From positions 310,001-374,000 of the forward strand of contig CM039007.1 of assembly GCA_017499595.2 (NCBI GenBank): a DNA stretch of 64,000 bases, read 5' to 3'. This DNA is from Psilocybe cubensis. Lineage: Eukaryota. Below are positions 1-13,214 of this stretch, piece after piece; the stretch's first letter is position 1, and each line of letters opens with the position of its first letter. The notes under the pieces are model-generated. The model had not been told where the DNA came from. It worked only from the letters and a program-made list of their open reading frames with translations, and searched no databases. The translations under genes and the position numbers were made by a program.

Positions 1-584
1 ATCAAATATGCCGCAAATTAGTTCAAATCGTTGATCTCGTCTGCTCGCTTCCTGTTATGAGTCTCTTCAAAAGCTTTTGCCAACAGAGATATACCACTCT
101 AATATTCTCATATCTAGGCAAACAACTCAGCAAACTGCTAGCGGAGTTATTAGGCACCATTAGGCGAACCACGCCAATGCACGAATGAAATACCCCACTT
201 GCAACTAACATGCGTTCCTTTCGTCCTACCTCCATCGCACTTCCATTTTGTTTCAGACTCAAAATTGGACTCGCATGGGCTATCATCAATTGACTATCGG
301 AAAATGTCACCATTTCCTTACAGTTGGCCGATAACATTTGCGGGGTTACGATACCCAGAGAGCCAAGCTGCCAGCCAAGACTTCACAACGAGGTTCTCCT
401 TCAATGTCGTCCTTGTGCGAGCATGTGCACCACTGATTCCTCAACATGAACCATGCACTCCTTGAGATACAGAGCGAGGTGCAAGGACTTCTTTTCGTAT
501 AAATGGGTGGGGGATGGAACTGAATTTTGGTGTACCGTCCCCGTTGCACCTCAAACGGCTCCCTTTTGATTCCTTCGTGTCAAG

Positions 585-3500
585 ATGGAGAAGGTAGCCA
601 CAGCGGTCCCAGCTGCGAATGTCGACCCTGAAAGCAGGTCATCGTACAGCAACGAAAAGTTCGACGAAAAGGACGAGAAACGCAGCGTGCAGGAAGTCAC
701 TAAGGACTTCGAAGGCGAGGTCTACGATGACCTCCGGGCAGTTGATCTGGACGAAAATGGGAAAGAGCGTCCTATTGGTATGTTCTTTTTTCACTGATTC
801 TTTGCGATTTTTTAAGCCCAACTTGGTATGCACAGAGACCGATATGGATGTTGCGACTCGTTTGATCTCTCTCGACGACGATCCAACTCTCCCCGCATTC
901 ACCTTCCGAATGTGGTTCCTTGGTATCGGATTGTCCTGTTTTGGAGCTGTCCTCGGCCAAATCTTCGTGAGTAATATATATATATATTTCTCTGATCCTC
1001 TGGCTAAGTTTCTTTGTAGTACTTTCGCCCGCAGACCGTGTTCGTCAGTCAGCTTTTTATCCAGATTATCGCGTACATACTCGGTCGCGTGCTGGAGGAA
1101 ATTATTCCCGGCCCTGGCAACGAGCGTAAGAACTTGCAAACCAAGGACAACGCGTTCTGGCGCTTCATGAACCCCGGCCCATTCAGTACGCGCTTATTGT
1201 TTATGGAACCTGATTATAGAGGACGTTAAAAGCTGATACTCGACGGTTTTAGATATCAAGGAACATGTCGCCATTACAATCTTCGCGTCTACCGCCGCCG
1301 ATTCGGCGCTTGCGATCAGTATCTTCGCTGCTGATGACCTCTACTATGACATCAAACCCAACGCTGGTATTGGTATTTTCACCCTCATCGGTACGGTCCT
1401 GTCTATCGCATCTTTCAAACCACATTTACTAATTATTTACAGGTTCACAACTCATGGGATACGGCCTTGGTGGTGTGATGCGATCGTTCCTCGTGTACCC
1501 GACCTACATTGTCTTTCCCAACTTGCTTCCCACTGTCCAGCTCTTCGATGCGTTGCACCGTGGCAAGAAAATCTTCATGCAAAAGAAGCGCGTCAAGTTC
1601 TTTTGGTCCGTGTTTATTGGAATCTTTGTCTGGGAATGGTTCCCGGAGTATATTGCCCCGTGAGTTTCTTTTGTTAATGAAAATATCATTTTTTTACTGA
1701 ATGATAATCTCTAGGACCCTTACCGGTATTAGCATCTTCTGTTTGGCCAACAAGAACAGCCCTTGGTTCACTCGTATCTTTGGTACGTAAATAAATTTAC
1801 TCCCCCATGTGTGCCTCAAGTTTCTCACAAAATATTTAATTTAGGTGGTTCGAACGGTAATGAAGGCCTTGGGATGTTTGCGCTCTGTCTTGATTGGAAT
1901 TACGTTGGCTCCGGTGGAGGATCCATGGGTGCCCTCTTCACCCCCTTGTCTACCCAGCTCTCTCTGTACTGCGGTACAGCCATATGCATGTACGTCTTGC
2001 CCTATCTTCACTACGATAATCATTAATTTTCCCTCCCATGCAGTATCGCTTTCTGCGTGGGCTATCACAATAATGTTTGGAACGGGCAAAATTTCCCATT
2101 CCTTTCGCAGCAGCTCTTCAACCTCAACGGCACTCGCTTCAACCAGCGCGCGATTCTGGACGAGAACTTCATGCTCGACCGCGAGAAGCTTGCCGAGGTT
2201 GGCCTGCCCTGGTTTGCGAGCTCACAGGTCATCTCCAAGATTGGGTTCAATCTTGCCATTGGTGCGACGGTTACTCATGTCTTCATTTGGTATGGGAAGG
2301 ATATTGTAGAGGTTATTAGAAAATATAGGGTATGTGCAGTCGAATTATCTTCCTCTGACACGAATTTAACGGTAGTTTAGGCTGGCGAGAACTACGACCC
2401 GCATCTGGCCAAGATGAAGGTGTGTTTCAATTCTTTTTATTAGTGCCACATATACATAATGGTTATTCTTCAGGCATACCCCGAAGTTCCGATGTGGTGG
2501 TACATTGCAATGTTCATTGCGAGTTTCGCCATGGCGATGTCGACGATGTACGCAGGACACTCGGGCATGCCATGGTGGGGCCTCATCGTGGGCGTCATCA
2601 TCTCGACCATCTTTTTGCCGTTTGTGATCACAGTCTACGCGATCACTGGCTTTTCGCCGAACATCCAGCACCTTGTGCAGGTGAACATTTCCCCCATGTT
2701 TTGTGTATCACGTTTGTTGAAGAGGATTGTATAGATGCTTGGTGCTGCGATGATGCCTGGAAACCCCCAAGCGAACATGTATTTCACTCTGTATGGTTAT
2801 AACACGCTCGACCAAGCGCGTGGGCTTATCCGTGACCTCAAGATGGTAAGCACACACACTTCGTTGTCATATTATTTTGCCTTTTGACGTTTTCACGCAA
2901 TAGGGTCAATACACGAAGCTCCCTCCACGCGTCACCTTCACCGTGCAGTCTCTCGGCTCGATCATTGGCGGACTGCTGAACTATGTCATTATGAAGACCA
3001 TCATCAAGTCGCGCAGGGAGATCCTACTGCAGGTCCAGGGCACAAATGTGTGGTCTGGACAGCAGGTTCAGGTAAGAAGCAATTTTTTACGCAATTTCCG
3101 AATGCTAATATCATGACAGTCCTTTAACAGTAACGCTATCTCATGGGGTGCTTTGGGTAGCATCTTGTATGCACCGGGAGGACGCTATGCTGTACGTATT
3201 ATTTCATTTACAATTACGAGTAAATTGACATTTTTATGGCTATTTAGATCGTTCCATTCTCCATCCTGATTGGTTTGGCTGTCCCCATTCCCTTCTGGCT
3301 GTTGCACAAAAGGTTCCCCAAACTTGGCGCGAACAAAGTCGTTTCCCCCATCCTCTGTTGTAAGTCGAATTTACACCACACTTCCCGCCCATCCTGACTT
3401 GCCACCCAGGGACGCTTGGCTACCTGAACGTCGGCATTAACAGCTCAGTCTTCACGACCTTTATGCTTGCCGTGTTCTCGCAGTACTACCTCCGTCGCTA

Positions 3501-3737
3501 CCGCCCCCGCTGGTTCAGAAAGTACAACTTTTTGATGTCCGCCGCACTCGATGGAGGAACACAGGTCATGGTGTTTGTGTTTACGTTTGCGGTGGGTGGT
3601 GGAAGTGGTAAAGTTGTTGATATGCCACATTGGGCATTGGTGCGTTCTGAATCTGCCTTGATTTGTGTCTTTTGTGTCGCTGACGCTGTACTTAGAACCC
3701 CGTTGGAAATGCCGATCATTGTATGCGGCTCACTTGA
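585..3737 (+). CDS. OPT-family oligopeptide transporter (multi-exon)
   Basis: Exons give DDDPTLPAFTFRMWFLG, NPGPFNIKEHVAITIFA, YPEVPMWWY, PGNPQANMYFTLYG, DLKMGQYTKLPPR and WFRKYNFLMSAALDGGTQ, which are hallmark OPT motifs. Ends NPVGNADHCMRLT* at 3737. Confidence 0.95.
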
Positions 3738-4509
3738 GCAAAGTAATTTATGATGAGACTCCTCGAGGAGGGTTTTGAGGATATGCTTTTACGTTCCACT
3801 TTTGTTAACGTATTTTAACATGTATCTGCTTTGTATTATATTGTTTTCTGATGACTCTATGGATCTGTTTCTTTGAGTTGTTTTTGAGATTGGTAATGTC
3901 CATACGTTGTCGAGTGTGTTTCTACTTCCCGTTCAGGGGCTCGAGAACTCTTCTCGATCCGAAAATGCCCCTATTTCTTGGCATTTGTCAGCGGAAATGC
4001 AGTACAACGTTTCGCACGACGCACGAGTTGTCCCTGCGTTCGATGGACACCCTCCACCACCATTACGACTTGACATTTCGACTACTGGCGCTATCACCAT
4101 CGATCTTCGTTATCGAAAGAAGATATAGAGGCGTGGTGAGTGTTTTTTTCTCATTCACTGTGATTTTCATCGATAAAATAATTGACTTTTCCGTCTGCGG
4201 GGGTGTTTTAGAACTACGTTGGTGCGACTCGCTAATTTTCTTTCCGATCTGCTCGCCACTAACGGCATACATTACGAAGACGCATGTAGTTGCAGGAATT
4301 CAGGTCATAGTTGGGTTATAATACGCGGTTTCAAACGGTTTATATACACTTCTAGTGCGGTGCGTTGCATCATGCGGATTGATGAACCTATTTATTTCTC
4401 ATCCTCAACCTTAGGTTGGTTTCATGCTACGACGGTCGACATCTATTCCAAGTATTACACAACGCAACTAAAACCCAACGGATAGAGGGAAACCCAGAGA
4501 ATCAAGAAT

Positions 4510-7500
4510 ATGACGGCATTCGACGACCTCGCTTCGTTGGACCCCATCCAGCCTACGGCACCTTCCTTTCGCTCCTCAGCGACCGTTACGCAAGGTTTAA
4601 GCAAAACACAGGTACCGCCAGACAAAGGCAGTCTGAATGAGCTCCAAGATCAGAATGAAGAAGCAGGACGAGAACTAGAAGAACAGAGTCACTGGGATAA
4701 CAAAGACAGAGAATCAGAAACAAGCCATTTGGATGAGCTCCAGGATCGGAATCAACAACCAAACCAACAGACTCGCCGGGTCACAGGCAAAGAAAGATAT
4801 GGAGACAGAGAGGCTGACATCGACAAGTTCGCGACGCTCTTTTCGCCGTCTACACCGCGCGCCTCGCCCACGCTCGTCTCACAGGCCCTTCCAGATGTAG
4901 GGGACGTTGCGCACATTGGTGTTGCCCCAACTCAGAGGTCGCAGCCACAACCACAGCCTCACTCGTACCGGCATCGACGAACACTCAGCACGGCGAGTAG
5001 AGCGAGCACATCTTCTCAACAAAGCGATTTCGGCGCGTTCGTGTCAGTACCCGCGTCTGAGGACCCACTATTATTGTCTGCGGATTTTTTAGGTTTCGCG
5101 GATGAATGTGTCGATAATCAGATTGCCAACGAGGGCGACGGAGTGCAGACGCCTATGCTCGTAACGCCTACGACGGCAACGGCGAAGACTCATGCACCAC
5201 TAGCTTTTGGGGATCTGTATCATAGCGCAGAAGGGGGTAACTCTAGCAGCTTGAGCGATGATCAGGTTGATATTCCGCAGTCCATCTCACTATCACAGGC
5301 GCCTAACTCAGCGTCGAGTCTTCAAGTACATTCTGATCCGTTCCCATCCTCAACATCTTCATTATCATCCTTAACGAAGCAAAAGCCTAGAATGACTCGC
5401 GATCCATCCTTTTCTTCCATTTCTTCCCTCTCATCTAATATAACTACTTCTACTACTCAATCTTCTACGACAACCAACACCAACTCTTCTAATTCCACTT
5501 CATCAAAATCCTCCTCAAACACCAATTCCTCCGCCTCCACCGCCACCTCCAGCACAAACCCAACCCTTTCCTTCTTCGACCAATTCGCACAGGACGCGCG
5601 CGCCCGCACGGCACGGCGCAGCGCATTACTTGAGGAGCTGTTGATGCACGAGGACGATCCAATGTATTTCGTGAAAGGAGAGACTGCTACATCTGCATCA
5701 GCGTCGTCAGCATCTGTATCACAACCTGTGCTGCCTCTGCCGTCATCCCCTGCGCCGTCGAACCCACACGGGTCCGAATCTCCATTTAATTTGGGCATGG
5801 ATAGGGAGGTAAATGTCACACACGACCTTGACCACGACTACTTCCGCACTCCGCCCCCTTTGCCTTCAAACCCATTCAAACTCAATTCGAATGCGAATGC
5901 AAATGATTACAACCCCACCTCTTCCACGCAACAAACACAAACGGCACCGCACCATTCTTTGGTTACTTCTTCAGAAACCCCACATCAACCGCGGCAGCTG
6001 ACCCGGCGATCGTCCTCAATTTTGATGCCAGCAGCAGGCACGCTTGCACCGCCTGTGCACTCACCGTCGGAGGGGATGTTAGGTGCGGGAAGGATGGTGA
6101 GCTCGCCGCCTGTCGATGAGAATTTGGTCTATGAGCATGTAGAACGAGAGGGTGACGGTGACGAGAAGCTCGATCGTGCTCAGGGTCTGACTGGCTCGCT
6201 GTCATCTTTACCTGGTAAATGGATGTCAACGCTGTTGCGCGGTGCGCCTGCGGGTTCGCATCAGGGTGGGAGTGCCAAAGCGACGCTCGAGTCAATTTTC
6301 GATCATCCTCATCCCTCTGCTCAGGATCCTGTCCTGGGACGGCGATCGTCACCCTCCCCATCGCCGAGGCACCCTCCCCAACCCCCGACCTTCACTCACG
6401 CGAATGCGTTCTCCCCGCCTCCTCCTCCCATGTCTACCTCCATGTCGACCCCACTCTCCATCTCCCCGTCTACATCCTCTCTTTTTCTACCACCCCAATC
6501 AACCCTGACGCAGATCACGCACTCCGCATCGCCGTTCGCACCACACATATTTATTCCGCCCTCCGGTGCACCTGGGTTCGGAGGGGAGCGGGAGCTGGGG
6601 ATGCACGCCTGGGAGGGTGGGATGGCAGAGGCATTGGAGGCCGAACGGAGGGGTGTGGAGAAGGGTGGTAAAGGCGAGAGCACCACACAAAAGGAAATAG
6701 ATCGAAAGGCGAAGACACTCCCACCGATGTCTGGGTCTGGGTCTGGGTTTGCGCAGGTCGCGTTGGATAGTAAAGGTGCTGTTGCGAGTACAGGAAGGCG
6801 CGAGAGGGAGTCGTCGGGTGGGAGTGCTAGCAGCGCGAGTTCAAGTAAGGGATGGGGTAGTGGCTTCGGGTTTTCGTTTGGGTCAATTCGTACTAGTAAG
6901 ACGTCGACGTCTGCGCCTGCGTCGGGTGTAGCTGGACATGGCGGCGGCTCTGGGAATGCGAAAACATGGGGAGATGCTCAACATGGTAAGCCATACCCTA
7001 CTGGGCATAAACAAGGAGATAGCAATGGTATTGATCCAATACAATGGTCAGCGTCAGGTTTAACTTCAGTTTCGCATTCAGATGGCTTTGGGAGTGCGGG
7101 AAAGGGCCAGGATGGTAGCATAGGCGCATTCATAGAGCGTAAAGCGGGCAAGGTCGAGTTGGCCGGGCGCAAGGCATCGACGACGCCCGTATTGAACGAG
7201 GAGCTGGCTGTATTGGTATGTGCCTTTAATTTTTTCAGTGTGCTGGTTGATTGGTTTTTTGTGTTGCATTCTTTTGCTTATTCTCTCCTCATCCTTACTC
7301 TATTATGGTCGTCATTGCTATCTTCACGGCTCACCTGATTCACACCTGTTCATAGTTACGCCCCTCACTTCCTGCACTCTCCCGCCTCCCACGTATTTGG
7401 ACTCTCATCTACTCACTTGACCAGCATGGCATCTCCTTGAACACGCTTTACGCCCGCTGCGAAGCCCACGCGACGCGACGCGCCAAACCAGGCGAAGTTC

Positions 7501-8132
7501 TGATCAATGCTGGTGCAATGCTGGTGGTAGTCAAGGACGCGCAAGGGGCGTTGTTTGGCGCGTGGCTTTCAGAGGGAGTGAGGATGGAGAAGAAGGGGAA
7601 GGGGTATTTTGGGGGTGGGGAGTCGTGAGTATTTTCTTTTCTCTTTTGCTTTTTTGGACGTATCGTTGTTGGGTAATATGTTCTGATAACTGTGTGTTTG
7701 CTTACCTTAGGTTTTTATGGAAATTTGTGGATGGGGTATTGAAAGTGTTTAAGTGTACGGGCAAAAACCACTACGTGACGCTGTGCGACCCGGACTACAT
7801 CTCCTTCGGCGGAGGGTGAGTCCTCCCCATTATTTCTCATATCTCATTTTTGTTACATCTTATTCGTGAATTTTCCATCCTCATTTTCGTACTTATTTTC
7901 TTCTCTCGTTTGCGTCGCTTCCCTCTCAATGCAACGAATCTTATGCCACTTCTTCATTTACTACCCTAGCGACGGTCACTCCGGCCTGTACCTCGACGAA
8001 ACGCTCTACGACGGAACTTCAGCACCCTGTCCGACATTCGACAACGAGCCGCTCTGCGCACCCGGACCACACAAGGGCGTGAGTGTGTCATTTGAATGCG
8101 TCGGCTTAGAGGTGTGGGGACTTGGGGGTTAA
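4510..8132 (+). CDS. TLDc-domain (Oxr1-like) protein with long Ser/Pro-rich disordered N-terminus
   Basis: C-terminal exons give IYSLDQHGISLNTLY, GALFGAW, YFGGGES/FLWK, YISFGGG/DGHSGLYLD, CPTFDNEPLC and FECVGLEVWG, the TLDc signature. It is preceded by a ~900-aa low-complexity exon. Confidence 0.88.
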
Positions 8133-9338
8133 TGGTTTCTTAGCTTGAGGGCTTGCTGTTTGGTGGCCGTTGGCAGGAATGATGGTCCAAAAGTAGCATT
8201 TGGATTGAATGTGTATTGCACCCCTCCTGTTATGAAATGAGTTTTTTTCCTTCTCAGTGGTTCGGTCGCCTCTTGAGAGGCGTCTTAGCTTTAAAATTTT
8301 GTGACAATGATATGTCCCTCGCATCAAACACAATTATCAATACCCGAAGGTCTAATATTCAAATCTAAATTAGACTTGCACGGCGTTGAGGTGGAACTGT
8401 GATGAGTTCAATGCATTGAAATGCTATCTGGATAGGCATTGGTCTCTGCCTTTAGCAGTCTGTAAATAGTGCTTCGTTGCTCAAGTGCTACTACTAACAG
8501 AATAGTAACTTGTTCTTAGTGCTGAATCACTGTCATTGGTTAGACTTTTACCACACGCATGGTTGGTTTTCCTAGCGTGATTTAGTGATAGTGTATCGTA
8601 TGCGGGGGCCAAACTTCAAATTGTGTGGCATGGGTGTCTGGAATTTCATAAGATTGCGCTTCAGGCTCTGCTTCTGAGGCCACGCAGTTGAAATGCAAAG
8701 TTGGATATACCCCAGTGAGCATTTTAATTGATGATGTGTACTTAATTTTAATCACATCTTCAACTTCGATTCTTTGCATATAAGTGCAATTCGTCGATAT
8801 ATGTCTATTGCAGAGCCGCAATATCTGCACTAATATACGTAGCAATGCTCATGCAACTAACTAGGTAAATACGCAAGCCTAATAGTATAATTTAAATTTG
8901 TTGCGGTGTATGAGTGGATTTCGCAATTCGGCGCTCAGAGGTAAGAGTCAAAACTGGAAATATGTTCCAATGCTCGTCAAGATCCCACTTGTAGTAGCCA
9001 GTCTGATGTATCCTAACCCTTTCCGTTTCAATATCTATATCTGAATGGAATTTAAGTTTTGATTAAATTAGTAGTCGCCTCCACCATGTTAACCAGATGG
9101 AATACACTACGTTGTAAGCTGTCTACGAAAAACGCATTGTAATAGGCATTTATCTACATGGAGAATCACATGGAGAGGTATAAAATGACTGTCTCGAAAG
9201 CTGAATTCTATCCAGGCTTCCACAAATCTCAAATCCTTGAAATGTGAGCAGCAACATTATCTAATTACACGGCGCACAGCAACTTCAACCATAAACTGAC
9301 ACTGCAATCCATATAGAAATTCTACCCTCAATTCCAGG

Positions 9339-10678
9339 ATGCTGTCCACCCGTTTCAGCAAGCTCAATTTAACTGTCTTCATTGCGCTCAGCCTCGTTCT
9401 CATCCATAACACTGGCGCAGTCGCCGCGCCTATACCTGAGCCTGCTGTGGCCCAGTCCCTGACCCTTGCGGCGTCAAGGGCGCAAGACGCGGAGGCGTGG
9501 TCATGGCCGTGGGCTACCACTGATGAAGACCCACTTGCCGATGATCAGAGTCAGAGCCAACAAAGTCACGGTGTGTTGCTGCGCCGCCAGGATGATGGAG
9601 AAAGTGGAGAAAATGGAATAGCTGACGCACGGGAAATTGAGGATATTGAAGAGGATGCCAAGACGAAGCCATCCAGCAGGAAATCGACGGATAGGTCCAA
9701 TTCGAAGGATAAGTCCGAGAAGTCTAAGGACAAATTGGACAAGAAATCAGACAAGGAGAAACCGACCTCTAAGTCCAAGTCCAAATCCAAGGGTAAGGGG
9801 TCCTCAAAAAGTGACGAATCGAAAGGAGGACTTGACCTTTCGTGGGTACTGTTACCGGCCGAGGATTCAAACGTTGAATTTCTTTCAATTTATAGTGACC
9901 CATTTGAGGACCTCAAAGCAGGCGCGTCCATTGCAAGCATAGCGGATATTGCAAGTGACGCACTTCCTGAGGCTGCAGAGTATGTCCACAACATACTTTT
10001 CTTCCTATCCATCAATGTATGCTGATTATCCTATCTGTGTCAATTAGGTTGCTCGCTCTCAGAGAGGAAGACAAGTCAAAGCCCAAGAAATCAGATAAAT
10101 CATCCAAGTCAGATAGGCAGTCAAAGGATAGCAAGGAACAAAAGACCAAGAAGCTTAGCAGCAAGACCACGTCGTCATCTAAGGGCAGTGTCGACGAGGA
10201 TATCTCTATCGGCGGCGTAGACCTGTCCAACCCCGTCAAAGACCTGGAAGGTGTGTCTGATATCGGCGAAATAGGAAAATTTGCCTCCACGTATGTACAG
10301 TCCAGATATGGCTAAAACCCACATTAAATTCCCAGAGTATTAATGTGTTGTATAAACTCAGGCTGTTTGGGCGCGATACCGGTGAGGAAGACAAAAGGAA
10401 GAAAGGCAAAAATGTAATGAAAGTGGACGAGGAAATGAAAGTCTTAAAGAAGCACAAGAAGTTGGAGAAGGAGGTTGTTGATGAGGCGCCTATGGATGCT
10501 ACAGCCTCTGCCCAAAGCAACGCCGGGTGAGTCATACAATCAGGGATACTTGCTCATTGCACGGGTTAATATTTACTGATTGTATTCATGAAACAGGACT
10601 GATGTTGCTATTGGTGGGACTACCATTGCGACTATCAAAAATATTACTCCAGATAACGGCGACGACGACAGTGCTTGA
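9339..10678 (+). CDS. Secreted Lys/Ser/Asp-rich repeat protein, candidate Kex2-processed repeat precursor
   Basis: Signal peptide (MLSTRFSKLNLTVFIALSLVLIHNTGAVAAP), then three modules starting LLRRQDD / LLALREED / LFGRDTG, each followed by a charged spacer. Four GT-AG introns; stop TGA at 10676-10678. Confidence 0.7.
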
Positions 10679-10812
10679 TCGTTTCAAGGCAAACAAATCA
10701 AGGAAAGGATTATATCTGCTAGCTTCCAAGAGCGTCTATAATGTGTAAATGTCAATCAATTCGCGAGATCCGTGTGTTACGGCTGTGCCCTGTGATTAAC
10801 GTGGAGTGGTAT

Positions 10813-12233
10813 CTAAGCCTTTTCTTCATGCAGTGGTATCGCTTTAGTGGTCCAGTCAAGCTTTTGTCTAAAATAGAGTGCAACCCAGGTCAAGCCGAGT
10901 AACACTGGTACTTCGGTGAGGGGACCAATGGTAGCCGCCAGAGCCTGCTGAGAATTCACGCCATACACTGCAATAGAGACTGCTATGGCGAGCTCCTGTT
11001 GCATCCATAAAACTCACCGTCAGCCAATCAAACAGGGGATGTATACTGATTGCTCACGAAGTTATTGCTAGCGGCAGTAAACGCCTGCACAACAGCCATC
11101 TCATAACCGTAGATCGTGTCTTCCACCTTTTCGCGCCTTGATAAGTAATATATCAAGGTAAAGGTTGATGTCCACATTATGACGAAGTAGAGAATTTGCG
11201 GGACGAAAACGCGAAAGACGGGTCCGAGATCGTGCAGGATTCGATGTCCCTGGTACGCAAAAAGCACGATGATAGTGTAGAGAAGCCCGATAAGAGCAAT
11301 TGGGGAGAAAAATGGAATAAATCGTTTGTCGAAGAATTGCTTGTTTGTCAAAAAAATGACCGAATAGCGAGTGACGACACCAGCTGCAAGAGGGATTCCA
11401 AGGTACTGATGGATGATTAATCAGTGAATATTTACAACCAATCTGGTAGAAAACCATACAATAAGTACAGAGATTGCGACATCTCCATAGGCGACGTGTA
11501 CATCTTCTTGATGACTTCCTCCAATGACGTTGAGGAACAAGACAGAATAGGGTGCGAATAGCACAATCTGCATAGCGCCGTTGATAACAACCAGGATGGC
11601 GCAGTACTCCGCATCCCCTCTAGCAAGGTCATTCCAAATAGCAACCATTGCTATACACCTTGCAAGCCCTACCATAATTACACCAGCTCTGTAAGTCGGT
11701 AAGTCTGGAAGTGTTGCCCACGCGAGACCAAGCATTAGGAATGGTCCGATTATCCAGTTCAGTACTATGGAAATCCCGATATGTTTCCACAGCCGCGACG
11801 TGGACAAAATTGCGGGGAGCTTCTCGTATTGGACTTTAGTGAGGATAGGCCACATCATTACAATGAGACCTATAGCTATAGCTGTCTCGACTTATGAGTC
11901 TCTTGATGCTTCTTTATCATCACTGTAAGGCACTTACGGAGGGATACATTATGCAGTTTTGCCGTATCCAACGCCTCGCGTACCCCTTGAGCAAATTCAC
12001 CAATGATTACTCCTAAGATCATGGAGAGCAGAACAAATGGGGTGAGTAATCTATCCAGTATGCTCATCTCCTTGAATGGCGCTATATGCATGAAAATGAT
12101 GATAAGTTCAATGATTGAAAATGGCATGAATTTCAAGACCTTCAACGAGATACGTACATGGAGATTTCACTGTACCCTCCCATGATTCTATAGGGCGTTC
12201 AGATCTTGTAGGGCCAGTCTTGTTCCCGTTCAT
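10813..12233 (-). CDS. ACR3: ACR3 arsenite efflux transporter
   Basis: MMWPILTKVQYE, NWIIGPFLMLGLAWATLPDLPTYRAGVIMVGLARCIAMV, QAFTAASNNF/ELAIAV and ALAATIGPLTEVPVLL are ACR3 motifs. The first exon MNGNKTGP.. from ATG 12233 is inferred. Confidence 0.93.
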
Positions 12234-12818
12234 GTTGGTGGTCGAGGTGAGTAAAGACCTTCCATTCTGCCAGCTTTATCTTGTGTCCAAAATTAACTTT
12301 GATTTTGAAAATCAAATCTTGATTTTGATTTTCAAAATTCATGTGACTGAATCCAGCTTGAGTCCACTTGAGTCTGTCAGCGTACATTTCCACAACAGTT
12401 GCCAGCAGTTGCCACGTAAGTTAAGTTTGCCCTAAAAGTCTGTAATGGGCCTATATATTTAATTTTAAAGGAAGAGCTGCGCAGTTATTGCCTTGTATAA
12501 CACGATAGGATACACACTGCAACTGGGATCAGCAAACAACGCGTTGATGACGCATCCTAATGACGCGTCATGGCCGGACCGGAAATTCAATGTCCGCGCT
12601 TTACATAATAAATTTCTTCCCCGGTTTGCGGGGCGTGATAAGCAACAGACCACATACGTACTTAGAGACCCACACTAAGTGCTTAAATGCATTTCTTCTC
12701 GGTGATTTCAACTGACATAAATACTGTTCTACTAACATCGAGGTGTGATCCCTCGAAAAACACAAGCGGGCTGCAAGGCGATGACTATGTCGCTGCCGAC
12801 CAGCCGATAACGCTCCAC

Positions 12819-12819
<1 letters not shown>

Positions 12820-12852
<33 letters not shown>
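12820..12852. repeat. Poly-A tract (33 nt)
   Basis: Direct count of the uninterrupted A run. Confidence 0.95.
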
Positions 12853-12854
<2 letters not shown>

Positions 12855-13214
12855 ATCGTGGTCTGTCTACGAGAGACTAAGTTTGCGGTGAGTGAGTTCG
12901 TTGCAAATTACTGTATCCAAATTACTTACCTGCTTAACTTGCTTATAAACACATTAATTCTTTAAAGAAGAATTAAACCTTCGGTAAAACAAATGTCTGG
13001 AATCATTTGGCATTCCAAACGTATTCTTTTCAAATGGCTCTCGCGAACATGATGACCAACTAACTTCATTGAATAGGGTTTGAGTCTTTTCATCCAATAA
13101 AATCTAGATTATTAATTACTACCCTAGTTGACGTCACTGACTTATGACATCCTTAGACATTGTGTCTTTTCCAGAGACATTCCACACAATTGTCCTTCAC
13201 TCACAACGTCCAAT

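Noticed and set aside
3851..4321. 156-aa ORF between OPT and the TLDc gene
   Set aside because: Overlaps the T-rich 3' region and the next promoter; no family features.
12820..12852. Poly-A tract as a retroposon tail
   Set aside because: No target-site duplication or recognisable SINE/LINE body upstream.
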